In this document: piece after piece, positions 50,798 to 59,927 of the stretch
How the letters are laid out: the number at the start of each line of letters is the position of its first letter
Numbering within the stretch: the first letter of the stretch is position 1
Source of the DNA: Polyangiales bacterium
GTDB taxonomy: Bacteria; Myxococcota_A; Polyangia; Polyangiales; JADJQN01
Direction of reading: 5' to 3'
DNA: 64,000 nucleotides
Assembly (NCBI GenBank): GCA_964202905.1
Contig: CAXNJO010000001.1
Location: forward strand, 576,001 to 640,000
Notes under the pieces: model-generated
Database searches by the model: none
Seen by the model: only the letters and a program-made list of their open reading frames with translations
Told to the model about the DNA's origin: nothing
Translations under genes and position numbers: made by a program

Positions 50798-51835
50798 TCA
50801 GGGGCAGCGGCCGTCGACGCAGATGACGTCGCTCGGGCGGCCCGGGTACGGGCAGCACGAGGCGAAGTCGCCGGTGCACGACGCGTCGCACGGGCAGGTG
50901 CTGCAACCGACGCCGGGGCGGAAGTCGCGGCAGTTGCCGTCGCTGCAGATCTGCTCGACGTCGCAGCGATCGCCGCAGCCGCCGCAGTGCTGCGGGTCGT
51001 TGTTGGTGTCGACGCAGGAGCCGCCGCAGCGATCGAGCCCGCCGCCGCAGTCGGCGACGCAGTTGCCGCCGCTGCACACCGGCGTGCCGCCGCTGCAGAC
51101 GCGGCCGAGCATCCCGCAGTTCATGGGATCGGTCGCGAAGTCGCGGCAGGTGCCGCCCACGTCCGTGAGGCCCGGGCGGCAGACGCAGCCGCCCGCGACG
51201 CAGTACTCGAGGTCGCCGCAGGCGTTGCCCGCGCCGCCGCAGTTCTCCGGATCGCGCGTGATATCGACACAGCGCCCGCCGCTCGACACGAGCGGAGGCG
51301 CACAGGTGCAGACGCCCGAGGTGCACGCGCCCCCGCCGCAGCCGCGCCCGCACTCGCCGCAGTTGGCAGGGTCGCTCGAGAGGTCCGCGCAGGTGTCGCC
51401 GCAGGCGACGAGCCCGGTGCCGCAGACGCACGCGCCCGCGTTGCAGAGCGAGCCGCTCGGGCAGCTGTTGCCGCACGCGCCGCAGTTCAGCGGGTCGGTC
51501 AGGAGGCCGGTGGTGCAGCCGTTGCCGCAGTCCATGGTGCCCGACGGGCAGGCGCAGAGCCCGCTCGTGCAGACGGCGCCCGGATCGCAGTCGTTGCCGC
51601 AGCCGCCACAGTGATCGACCGAGGTCGAGAGGTCCGCGCAGATCGCGCCGCACGCGACGAGCCCGCTCGGGCAGGGCGCGCCGTCGGGCGGACGCAGGAT
51701 CGCGCCGTCCGGGCCGGTGCCGCCCCCGCCGGGAGGCGTGCCGCCGTCCCCGCCGCCGCACCCGGCGAGTGCGGCGCCGAGCGCGAGCGCGCCGAGCGCG
51801 AGGCGCAGGGAGGTCGTGACGAGCCGTGCGTTCAC
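50798..51835 (-). CDS. Cys-rich repeat lipoprotein B (MXAN_6577/Stig1-like C.D...DP.NCG.CG..C repeats)
   Basis: GTG start overlapping the upstream stop; lipobox ALAGC; about six repeats; C-terminal GCSTCPC...CC.YPG....CV...CP cap. Confidence 0.88.
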   Translation of the reverse strand: MNARLVTTSLRLALGALALGAALAGCGGGDGGTPPGGGGTGPDGAILRPPDGAPCPSGLVACGAICADLSTSVDHCGGCGNDCDPGAVCTSGLCACPSGTMDCGNGCTTGLLTDPLNCGACGNSCPSGSLCNAGACVCGTGLVACGDTCADLSSDPANCGECGRGCGGGACTSGVCTCAPPLVSSGGRCVDITRDPENCGGAGNACGDLEYCVAGGCVCRPGLTDVGGTCRDFATDPMNCGMLGRVCSGGTPVCSGGNCVADCGGGLDRCGGSCVDTNNDPQHCGGCGDRCDVEQICSDGNCRDFRPGVGCSTCPCDASCTGDFASCCPYPGRPSDVICVDGRCP

Positions 51836-53329
51836 GGGCACGCCCCGGCGTCCACGCAGACGACGTCCATCGTGCCCGGGTACGCGCAGCACTGCGTGAA
51901 ATCGCCGACGCAGCGCGTGTCGCACGGGCACATCGAGCAGCCGAGGGCGGGTTCGTAGTTCTGGCAGTTGCCCGCGACGCACACTTCGTCGCTGGCGCAG
52001 CGTGCATCTCCGCCACCGCCACCGCCGCCGCAGCCGCCGCAGTTGCGCGGGTCGGTGTCTGTGTCGACGCATGCGCCGAGGCCGCCGCCGCCGCCGGCGA
52101 AGCAGCGATCGAGGCCGGCGCCGCACGCGCCGACGCACATCCCGCCGCTGCAGCTGGGCGTCGCGCCCATGCAGGTGGTGCCGACCGCACCGCAGTTGCG
52201 CGGGTCGGTCTGCAGGTCGGTGCAGAACATGCCGACGCGCGTGAGGCCCGGGCGGCACTGGCACATGCCGCCCACGCAGTACTCGGTGGTGCCGCAGTCG
52301 TTGCCGACCATGCCGCAGTTGTTCGGGTCACGCGTGAGGTCCACGCAGGCGCCGCCCGGCGTGGGGGTGAGCGGCGCGGGGCAGGTGCAGGTGCCCGAGA
52401 TGCAGCTGCCGGCGGGGTCGCAGTCGCGGCCGCAGGCGCCGCAGTTGTCGGTGTCGGTCGAGAGGTCCGCGCACGTCGCGCCGCACGCGACCTCGCCCAT
52501 CGGGCAGACGCACGCGCCCGACACGCAGGCCGAGCCGACGGGGCAGTCGTTGCCACACGCGCCGCAATTCATGGTGTCGGCGGAGAGGTCCGCGCAGGTC
52601 GCGCCGCAGTCGACGCGGCCCGTCGGGCAGCGGCACACGCCCGCCTCGCAGGTCGATCCGCTCGGGCAGGTGTTGCCGCAGGTGCCGCAGTTCAGCGGGT
52701 CGGTGGCGAGGCCCGTCGTGCAGCCGCCGCCGCAGTCCATCGTGCCCATCGGGCAGGTGCAGGCGCCGCTCGTGCAGACCGCGCCGGGGTTGCAGTCGTT
52801 GCCGCAGCGGCCGCAGTTGTCGGTGTCGGTCGAGACGTCGGCGCAGGTGCATCCCGCAGGTCACGAGGCCCGTGCGGCAGGCGCAGACGCCGAGCGTGCA
52901 CGACTGCGTTGGGCCGCAGTCGTTGCCGCAGCGGCCGCAGTCGGTGTTCGAGTTCTGCAAGTCGACGCAGCCGGTGTCGCAGAGGTCGCGGCCCATCGGG
53001 CAGCTGCAGGCGCCGCTCGTGCAGACGCCGCCGGCGCCGCAGTCGACGCCGCAGCGGCCGCAGTTCAAGGCGTCGCTCGAGGGGTCGACGCAGGACGCGC
53101 CGCACGCGATCAGCGGGCTCGCACACGTCGGCGGGGCCGCGTCGGGGTCGACGTTGGCGTCCGTGCCGGTGCTGCCATCCGTGTCGACGCTGCCGTCCGT
53201 GCCAGTGCTGGCGTCCATCCCGCCGCTGGCATCCGGGCTCCCGGGGGGCGGTGAATCGCCCCCGCCGCAGCCTGCGCCCATCACCGTCCACGCCGTGAGC
53301 ATCACCATTCCAAGCACTGCTTTGCGCAT
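51832..53329 (-). CDS. Cys-rich repeat lipoprotein A (paralog of B); frameshift near 52851
   Basis: GAGGAGG RBS; lipobox MGAGC; about nine repeats; same C-terminal cap GCSMCPC...CCAYPG...CVDAGACP. Confidence 0.88.
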
Positions 53330-53416
53330 GATCGAGCCTCCTCGGGGTCGGACGGCGAAGCGCCTCCGTATCCACGCTCGTGATGTCCGTGACCCTGCTC
53401 GGTTCTCAACGATTCG

Positions 53417-54868
53417 TCACGGTTCCGGCATCGGCGGGCAACCATCGGTCACGGCTTCGAACGCGCGGTCGAGCGTCACCGACGCGGATCCGTCCGCGCT
53501 GAGACCGCCCGCGAGTACGCCGCCGACCCCCTGCGCGCCGCGGAGCCGCAGCACGCCCGCCGGGGCAGCGACCCGCGCAGCGAAGGCCACCGTCGGCCCG
53601 AGATCGACCGACCAGCGCTCCGTGTCTCCGCCGACGCAGCGTCCCGCGTCGCAGTCCGCGGAGCAGCACGCGGCGTCCGTGGTGCACGCCCGGCCGGCCT
53701 CGGCACACACGCCGCCGACCCAGAGGCGTGTCGCGGTGGGCCGCTCGGGCGCACCGAGCCGCAGCGGCGCCCGCGCGAGCACGGTGCCGCCGACGATCAC
53801 GTCGAGGCTCGCACCGGGATCGGGCACGAAGGCGATGGGCGCATCAGCGAGTATCGAACCCGATACAATGAGCGCGACCCGGCCGTGTGCGGCGATCGTG
53901 ATCGGTCCGCCCGCCTCGATGCGCGACAGGTGGTAGACGCCGCACGGGAGATCGACGCGGCCTGACGCGCCGGGGCCGGCGAGCACATCGGGTGAGAGGC
54001 CGGCGGCGAGGTCGTCGTTGCGCAGCGGGTCGCGGCGCGCGTCGACGGTGTCCTCGATGCCGAAGGGCTCGCAGCGGCATGGCTCCTCGCGCTCGACGGG
54101 CTCCTCGACGCAGGCGCCTGTGCGCAGCGAGGCCGGCAGCGCGCCGCAGCGCGACGGCACGTGGAGCGTCCCCGCGACGGTCACCGCGCCCGCCCCCGTC
54201 GGCAGCGTCTTGAGGTAGGCGTCGCGGCCCACGCCGACGGGCGCCCCCGCGGCGAGGCCCGCCGCCCGCAGATCGCGGCCGATCGTCGCGGGCGCGGTCG
54301 CGTCGAAGCCATCCGAGACGAGCACGTCTCCCCGCGCGTCGAGCGCCCCGTCCGCCCGGAGCGCCCCGTTTGCGCCGAGGGAGCCTCCGCTCGGATCGGG
54401 TGCCCCCGTGCGGCTGTCGAGCCCGTCGACCGTGAGCGAGCCCGTGGGCGCCACCGACACGTCTCCGCACGCGCAGATCGCGCGGTCGAAGGCCGCTGCG
54501 GCGAGGTCACCGAGGCATGCTTCGTCGCCCCCTTCGCCGACGCGGATCGGCGCGCCGCCCCCGACGCAGCGCGCGGGGAGCGGGCCCGTCGGGACCGACG
54601 GGAGGCAGTTCCCGGCGACGCAGCCCGTCCCCGCCGCGCAGGGCCGATTGCACGCGCCGCAGTGCGCGCCGCTCGTGAAGGGATCGACGCACGCGCTGCC
54701 GCAGCGCTCCGTCCACGCGGGGCAGCCGTCGCCGTCGTCGTCCCCAGCGTCCGCGCCCCCGTCCGCGCGTGGTCCCGCGGCGTCGCCGCTCTCACCGAGC
54801 AGCGACGGCGCCGAGCACGCCGTGGCATGCACGAGCAGCCACAGCGCGAGGGTGCGCGCCCGGTTCAA
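53417..54868 (-). CDS. Lipoprotein with one Cys-rich repeat and a long Gly/Val-rich beta-repeat region
   Basis: TTG start overlapping the upstream stop; lipobox HATAC; CVDPFTSGAHCGACNRPC; C-terminal CTTDAACCSADC. Confidence 0.78.
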   Translation of the reverse strand: MNRARTLALWLLVHATACSAPSLLGESGDAAGPRADGGADAGDDDGDGCPAWTERCGSACVDPFTSGAHCGACNRPCAAGTGCVAGNCLPSVPTGPLPARCVGGGAPIRVGEGGDEACLGDLAAAAFDRAICACGDVSVAPTGSLTVDGLDSRTGAPDPSGGSLGANGALRADGALDARGDVLVSDGFDATAPATIGRDLRAAGLAAGAPVGVGRDAYLKTLPTGAGAVTVAGTLHVPSRCGALPASLRTGACVEEPVEREEPCRCEPFGIEDTVDARRDPLRNDDLAAGLSPDVLAGPGASGRVDLPCGVYHLSRIEAGGPITIAAHGRVALIVSGSILADAPIAFVPDPGASLDVIVGGTVLARAPLRLGAPERPTATRLWVGGVCAEAGRACTTDAACCSADCDAGRCVGGDTERWSVDLGPTVAFAARVAAPAGVLRLRGAQGVGGVLAGGLSADGSASVTLDRAFEAVTDGCPPMPEP

Positions 54869-55608
54869 GGCACGAGACCGCGTGCGCGGACGCGCCGCGC
54901 GTAGGACGACGTCGGCCAGCGTGACGCGAGCGCGGTGGCCCGGCGACGGGCCGCGTCGTCGCGACCGAGGGCCTCGAGCGCGTCGACGGCGATCATCTCG
55001 CGCTCGGGCGCGAGCATGCCGGCGGCGAAGTGCGCCGCGTGATCCTCGGCGAGGGCGAGGGCCCGCGCGGGATCGCTCGGGAGCGCGCGACGCGCCTCGA
55101 TCAGCAGGATGTGCTCGGCGTCGGCGTCGGCGCTGGGGTCGAGCCGTGGGGCGAGGGCGCGCGGGTGCGCGACTGGGTGGGACGCCGCGGGGTGCGCGCG
55201 GCCCGGCGCGACCTCGTTCGGCGCGACGTCGTGCGCGGGCGTCGGCGATGCGGGCAACGCCGTTGGCGGCAGCGCGGCCGGCGTCGGGGGCGCGGCCTGC
55301 GTCGAGGCCGCGGGCAGCGTCGCGGGCAGCTTTGCGGGCTGGGTCGCGTCGCCCGGCGCGAGCCCGCGGATCGCGGTGACCGTCATCGCCGCCCCGCCGA
55401 GGACAGCCAGCCCGGCGAGCCACCAGCCCTTCGCACCGCCGAGGGCCGAGCCGCGCGGGGCGGCCGCGGCGTCGGGGGGCAAGGCGCGGATCGCGTCCTC
55501 GACGCGGCGTGCGACGTCGGCGACCTCGGCCGGCCCGAGCACGTCGGCGCGCATCGCCTCGACGAGCGGGGAGAGGTCGTCGGGCAGCGTCTCGGGCGCG
55601 TCGCTCAT
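54865..55608 (-). CDS. Putative anti-sigma factor (single TM, Pro-rich linker, C-terminal TPR-like helices)
   Basis: ATGA-coupled to the ECF sigma; TM WWLAGLAVLGGAAM; EH.LL.EARRAL..DPARAL...H...F..G.L..ERE motif, as in myxobacterial ECF partner proteins. Confidence 0.7.
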   Translation of the reverse strand: MSDAPETLPDDLSPLVEAMRADVLGPAEVADVARRVEDAIRALPPDAAAAPRGSALGGAKGWWLAGLAVLGGAAMTVTAIRGLAPGDATQPAKLPATLPAASTQAAPPTPAALPPTALPASPTPAHDVAPNEVAPGRAHPAASHPVAHPRALAPRLDPSADADAEHILLIEARRALPSDPARALALAEDHAAHFAAGMLAPEREMIAVDALEALGRDDAARRRATALASRWPTSSYARRVRARGLVP

Positions 55609-56212
55609 GGCCCCTCCCCCCGCGTGCGGGCGCGCGCCGCGGCGCGGGTCAGCCCCTCGCGGGCGAGGCGCAGGCGCGAATAGCCCGTTTTCAGCGGGAT
55701 TCCGAGGCCCCGCGGTGATCTCGGCCATCGTCAGCTCCTCGACGTCGTGCAGCACGAAGACCTCGCGTTGTTCGTCCGGAGATCGTCGCGAGGAGGCGCA
55801 GCGCGACGCGCCTGCCGATCGCGGCTGCTCGAGCGCCTGCTGCTGGGCGGGCGCGCACGGCGTCTCCGGGACAGCTCCTCCGTCGGGATCTCCGGGCGTC
55901 GCCGCGCGGTGCGCCGCACGTTGCGGGCGACGTTGACGGCGATGGCGTAGAGCCACGGGCGCGCGGTGCGCCGTCGTCCCGGAGGTCCGCGTGTCTCCGC
56001 GCCACGACCACGAACACCTCCTGACACGCGTCCGGCAGCTCCCGCTCCGGGACGCCCAGATAGCGGAGCGCCCGACCGACGTACGCCGCGTGCTCGGAGA
56101 GCAGACCACGCAGCCATGCGCTCCGTGCGTCGTCCATCCGTCGTTCGTCGCCGTCCTCCATGGAGAAGGTCCGGACCGTGGGCCAGTTCTCACCTTTCGT
56201 CGCGGCGCTCAT
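55605..56212 (-). CDS. ECF (sigma-70 group 4) RNA polymerase sigma factor; several frameshifts
   Basis: Region 2 EHAAYVGRALRYLGV...DACQEVFVVV, RPWLYAIAVNVARN; region 4 EQREVFVLHDVEELTMAEI...GIPLKTGYSRLRLAR, spread over three frames. Confidence 0.88.
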
Positions 56213-57267
56213 CGAATCGCGAGCGGGAGCGCGAGCGTCGCGACGGGCACGACGGGCCACGGGTCGTGCAGGACCACGTCCTCGTCGCCGACGCGCGCGT
56301 AGAACACGGGACGCAGGAGCGGCACCATCACGCCGACGCGCACGGCAGCCGACAGCCCCGCGCCGAGCGGGACGTGCAGCTCGAGCGCGGCCTCGACGTC
56401 GATCCACGGCTCGAACTGCTCGTAGACGCGCGCGAGCCCTGCGCCGCGGCCCCGGATCGCCGCCGCGCCGACCGCGACGCAGCCGCCGAGCGTGAGGCGT
56501 ATGGGGTCTGCAGACCCCGGCGCGCAGACGCCCAACGCGCCGCGAAATGCGGAGAAATCGCCGCCCGGCGCGCCGCTCGCGCGCGCGAGGGGCAGCACGG
56601 AGAGCGTGAGCGTCAGCGCGAACGCGCGGGGTGGGCCGAACCGCCCGCCGAGCTCGGCGAGGAAGGCGGCGCCGGGGAGCATGCCGACGCCGACGCCGAG
56701 TGCAGGCACCAGCTGCGCGGCCCAGCGTGTCGCGGCGGCGCGGTCGTCGCGTGCCGCGCGCGTCGTCGTCGCGTCGCGCCGCGTCGCGGCCGGCGTCGGC
56801 GCTGCGGGGGTCTCGGCGGCGGTGGTCACGTCGAGCGTCGGCGTGCGCTCGCGGTCGTCGAGCAGCATGGCGACGACGACGGAGAGCGGCCCGGCGATTG
56901 CCGCGCAGCGCCGCCCCTCGTGGACGACGTCGCGCGTGTCCTGCGGCGCGCCCTCTTCGACGAGCGTGACCGTCGCGCGCGTACGCCGTTCGTCGCGGGC
57001 GACCTCGACGCGCACCTGCACTCGGCTCGCCCCGCTGCGGATCACGTCGCGGCCGAGGATGCCCTCCACGCGCGCGGCGAGGCCGTGGGCGTCCACGCAG
57101 CCAACGGCGTCACCCGCCGCAGCGACCTCGAGCGTCGCGTGGAGCGGCTCGCCCTCCTGTGCGTGCGCGCTCGACGTGCCGACCAGCGCGCCGACGAGGC
57201 CCGTCGCAACGAGAACCGCGATGGGCGATTTGATTCGGCCGCGTGTCTCGTGACGCCGTCTGTGCAT
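56209..57267 (-). CDS. Exported protein with a C-terminal amphipathic beta-strand region (possible outer-membrane barrel)
   Basis: Signal peptide ending AHA-Q; N-terminal Cys pair; Pro/Thr linker; alternating hydrophobic strands; ATGA overlap with the ECF sigma. Confidence 0.7.
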   Translation of the reverse strand: MHRRRHETRGRIKSPIAVLVATGLVGALVGTSSAHAQEGEPLHATLEVAAAGDAVGCVDAHGLAARVEGILGRDVIRSGASRVQVRVEVARDERRTRATVTLVEEGAPQDTRDVVHEGRRCAAIAGPLSVVVAMLLDDRERTPTLDVTTAAETPAAPTPAATRRDATTTRAARDDRAAATRWAAQLVPALGVGVGMLPGAAFLAELGGRFGPPRAFALTLTLSVLPLARASGAPGGDFSAFRGALGVCAPGSADPIRLTLGGCVAVGAAAIRGRGAGLARVYEQFEPWIDVEAALELHVPLGAGLSAAVRVGVMVPLLRPVFYARVGDEDVVLHDPWPVVPVATLALPLAIR

Positions 57268-57273
57268 GTGGCG

Positions 57274-57300
57274 GTGTCGCCGGGGAGCGTGCGCCGACAC
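57274..57300 (-). promoter_or_regulatory. Inverted repeat just upstream of the ECF operon (possible ECF promoter or operator)
   Basis: GTGTCG-15 nt-CGACAC ending 6 nt before ATG 57267. Confidence 0.35.
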
Positions 57301-57314
57301 GTCGCGCGCGGTGT

Positions 57315-58553
57315 TCACTGAGCTGTGGGGCCCGGCGCGGGGGCTGCGGGGGCGGCGCCGCCCGTCGCGTCGATCAGGTCCTCGAAGATCAGCGATGCCG
57401 ACAGCGCGACGAGCTCCACCTGCAGCGACGCGAGCGAGGAGTCGACGTCCCGGCGGGCTGACTCGAGGCGACGCACCAGCGAGCCGACGTCGAGCGCCAG
57501 GAGATCGAGCGTGGCCTTGCCGCCGGGGTTCCAGAGCCACCAACCCGCGCCCCGTGCGTAGAGTCGGATCGGGGGTGCGGCGCGCGTCGCGTGATCGGGC
57601 GCATCGACCCAGCGCACGGCCTCGACGTAGGAGGCGTCGTAGGCCGCGAGCGTGGCGGCGTCGTTCGTGAGGAGGAGCTGCACGAAGTGTCCCGCCGTTG
57701 CCGGGCGGGCGGCGACGACGAGCGTGTCGCGCAGCAGCGCGCGGCCGAACGCGTGCTCGACGAGGAGCGCGCGCCGCACGTCGAGCGCGTCGGCAGCGAG
57801 GGGCTGCGTCACGTCGCGGAGCGCGTCGAGGAGGGGCAGCAGCGTCGCGCGGACCGCCGCCGGAGGGCGCGCCGCGCCGAGCCCCGCGACGAGGACGCGG
57901 ACGTGCGAGGTCGTGAAGTTCGAGAACGCGGCGGCGGCGCCGAAGCCGTGGCCGCTCGTGCTGAAGTCGCGCGAGGCCCGCAGCAGGGCGCGCGCGCGCG
58001 TCAAGGCGCCTACCCAGTCGCCGCGCAGGGCGGCGTCGAGGTTCGCGAGCGCCGCGATGCGCACGAGCGTGATCGACTTCACGATATCGCAATCGGATTG
58101 CATGTCGCCGCACGGGTCGGCGAAGCGCGGGGCCGCGAGCGCGGCGTCGACGGAGGCGAGCTCCCCGCGCCGCGCGTCGCGCGTCGAGGGCTCGGCGAAG
58201 TACGCGCGGACGTCGGCGCGTGCGGCCTCGGCGGCTCTCCAGCGCTCCCGCGCCTGCGCGCCGCCCCCCGTGACGTCCTTCGCGGCGAGCGGACCGACGA
58301 GATCGTCGAGCGCCTCCGGGAGCCGCTCGGGCGCCCACGCGTGCCCCATCACGATCTCGTCGAGTCCGTTCTCAGCGAGCGATGCCGGATGCGGAGCGAT
58401 CGTCGCGGGCCACGGCGACGGTGGCGGCGTGCGGCCCGCGAGGCGGTGCGCGGCGAGCCACGACAGCGGCAGCGCGCCGACGAGCGCGACCGCGACGAGC
58501 AGCCAAGGCCAGCGTCGCCGCAAAAACGGTGCGTCCTCGCTCATCGGCATCAT
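57315..58553 (-). CDS. Hypothetical membrane-anchored helical protein
   Basis: 412-aa ORF; N-terminal TM RRRWPWLLVAVALVGALPL; host-like codon usage. Confidence 0.7.
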   Translation of the reverse strand: MMPMSEDAPFLRRRWPWLLVAVALVGALPLSWLAAHRLAGRTPPPSPWPATIAPHPASLAENGLDEIVMGHAWAPERLPEALDDLVGPLAAKDVTGGGAQARERWRAAEAARADVRAYFAEPSTRDARRGELASVDAALAAPRFADPCGDMQSDCDIVKSITLVRIAALANLDAALRGDWVGALTRARALLRASRDFSTSGHGFGAAAAFSNFTTSHVRVLVAGLGAARPPAAVRATLLPLLDALRDVTQPLAADALDVRRALLVEHAFGRALLRDTLVVAARPATAGHFVQLLLTNDAATLAAYDASYVEAVRWVDAPDHATRAAPPIRLYARGAGWWLWNPGGKATLDLLALDVGSLVRRLESARRDVDSSLASLQVELVALSASLIFEDLIDATGGAAPAAPAPGPTAQ

Positions 58554-58614
58554 GTTTTGTGTATGGGGAGGGGCGCGGTGACTCGCGCGCGATGGCGCAC
58601 GGCCCCGAGAACGA

Positions 58615-59883
58615 TCACGTGCGCTTGACGGTCGTGCCGCGCGGGACGACCGTCACACCGCGCTCGCTCACGCTGAAGCCCCGCTTCGCGTCGACCTCCG
58701 GGTCGAAGCCGAGCTCCGCGCCCTCCTCGACCGTGACGCCCTTGTCGAGGATCGCGCGGCGGATGCGCGCGTGCCGCCCGACGACCACGCCCTCGAGCAC
58801 GACGCTCTCTTCGATGAACGCGTAGCTGTTCACGCGGACGCGCGGCGCGAGCACCGTGCGGTGCAGCCGCCCGCCCGAGACGATGCAGCCGTTCGTGACC
58901 AGCGAGTCGGTCGCGAGCCCCACGCGGTTGCCGCTCGGGTCGCTGAACACGAACTTCGCGGGCGGATCGTGCGAGAGCCCGGTGCGGATGATCCAGTCCG
59001 GGTTGTAGAGCGAGAAGCGCGGCGTGATCTCGACGAGGTCCATCTGCGACTCCCAGTAGGAGTCGATGGTCCCGATGTCGCGCCAGTAGCCGCGGTTCCA
59101 CTCCGTCTGGCCGGGGACGAGGTTCGTCGCGAAATCGTAGGCGTAGACGGGGTGCCCCTCGGCGACCATCGTCGGCACGATGTTCTTGCCGAAGTCGTGG
59201 CTCGTCTCGGCCTCCGCGTCGCGCCGCACCTCCTCGACGAGGGTCGCGGCGTCGAAGACGTAGTTGCCCATCGAGGCGAGGCAGTAGCCCGGGCGGCCCG
59301 GCATTTCCGGGGGATCCGGCACCTTCTCGAGGAACTCGAGCACGCGCCCGTGCTCGTCCGTCTTGATCACGCCGAAGTCGACGGCCTCCTTTTTGGGGAC
59401 GGGGATGGCCGCGACGGTGAGCTTCGCGCCGCGCTGCAGGTGGAAGTCGATCATCTGGCGCACGTCCATCGTGTAGACGTGGTCGCCGCCGAACACGCAG
59501 ACGTGCGTGGGCCGCTCGTCGTTGATGACGTTCATCGACTGGAACACGGCGTCCGCCGAGCCCTTGAACCAGTCCTTGCCGGTGCGCTGCTGCGCGGGGA
59601 CCGTCTCGATGTACTGGTCGAGGATCGCGCTCATCCGCCAGGCGCGCGCGATGTGCTGCTCGAGCGAGTGCGACTTGTACTGCGTGAGGACCTTGATCTT
59701 CGTGAGGCCGCTGTTCACGAAGTTCGAGAGGACGATGTCGATGATCCGGTAGCGGCCACCGAAGGGCACGGCGGGCTTCGCGCGCTCGTCGGTCAGACAG
59801 CCGAGGCGCCGACCCTCGCCGCCGGCGAGGATGAGCGAGAGGACGCGGACGGCTCGTCCGTGCGAGTCGTAGGTCGGGGGCAT
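58615..59883 (-). CDS. glgC: Glucose-1-phosphate adenylyltransferase (ADP-glucose pyrophosphorylase)
   Basis: LILAGGEG.RL..LT..RAKPAVPFGGRYRIID, LTQYKS.SL, PAQQR, G.ADAV, GDHVY.MD, ASMGNYVF, HDFGK, YWRDIGT. Confidence 0.97.
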   Translation of the reverse strand: MPPTYDSHGRAVRVLSLILAGGEGRRLGCLTDERAKPAVPFGGRYRIIDIVLSNFVNSGLTKIKVLTQYKSHSLEQHIARAWRMSAILDQYIETVPAQQRTGKDWFKGSADAVFQSMNVINDERPTHVCVFGGDHVYTMDVRQMIDFHLQRGAKLTVAAIPVPKKEAVDFGVIKTDEHGRVLEFLEKVPDPPEMPGRPGYCLASMGNYVFDAATLVEEVRRDAEAETSHDFGKNIVPTMVAEGHPVYAYDFATNLVPGQTEWNRGYWRDIGTIDSYWESQMDLVEITPRFSLYNPDWIIRTGLSHDPPAKFVFSDPSGNRVGLATDSLVTNGCIVSGGRLHRTVLAPRVRVNSYAFIEESVVLEGVVVGRHARIRRAILDKGVTVEEGAELGFDPEVDAKRGFSVSERGVTVVPRGTTVKRT

Positions 59884-59927
59884 GGCGTTCTCGGTGCTCC
59901 CGGCGTCGCGGGAGCGGCTGCAGGCGT

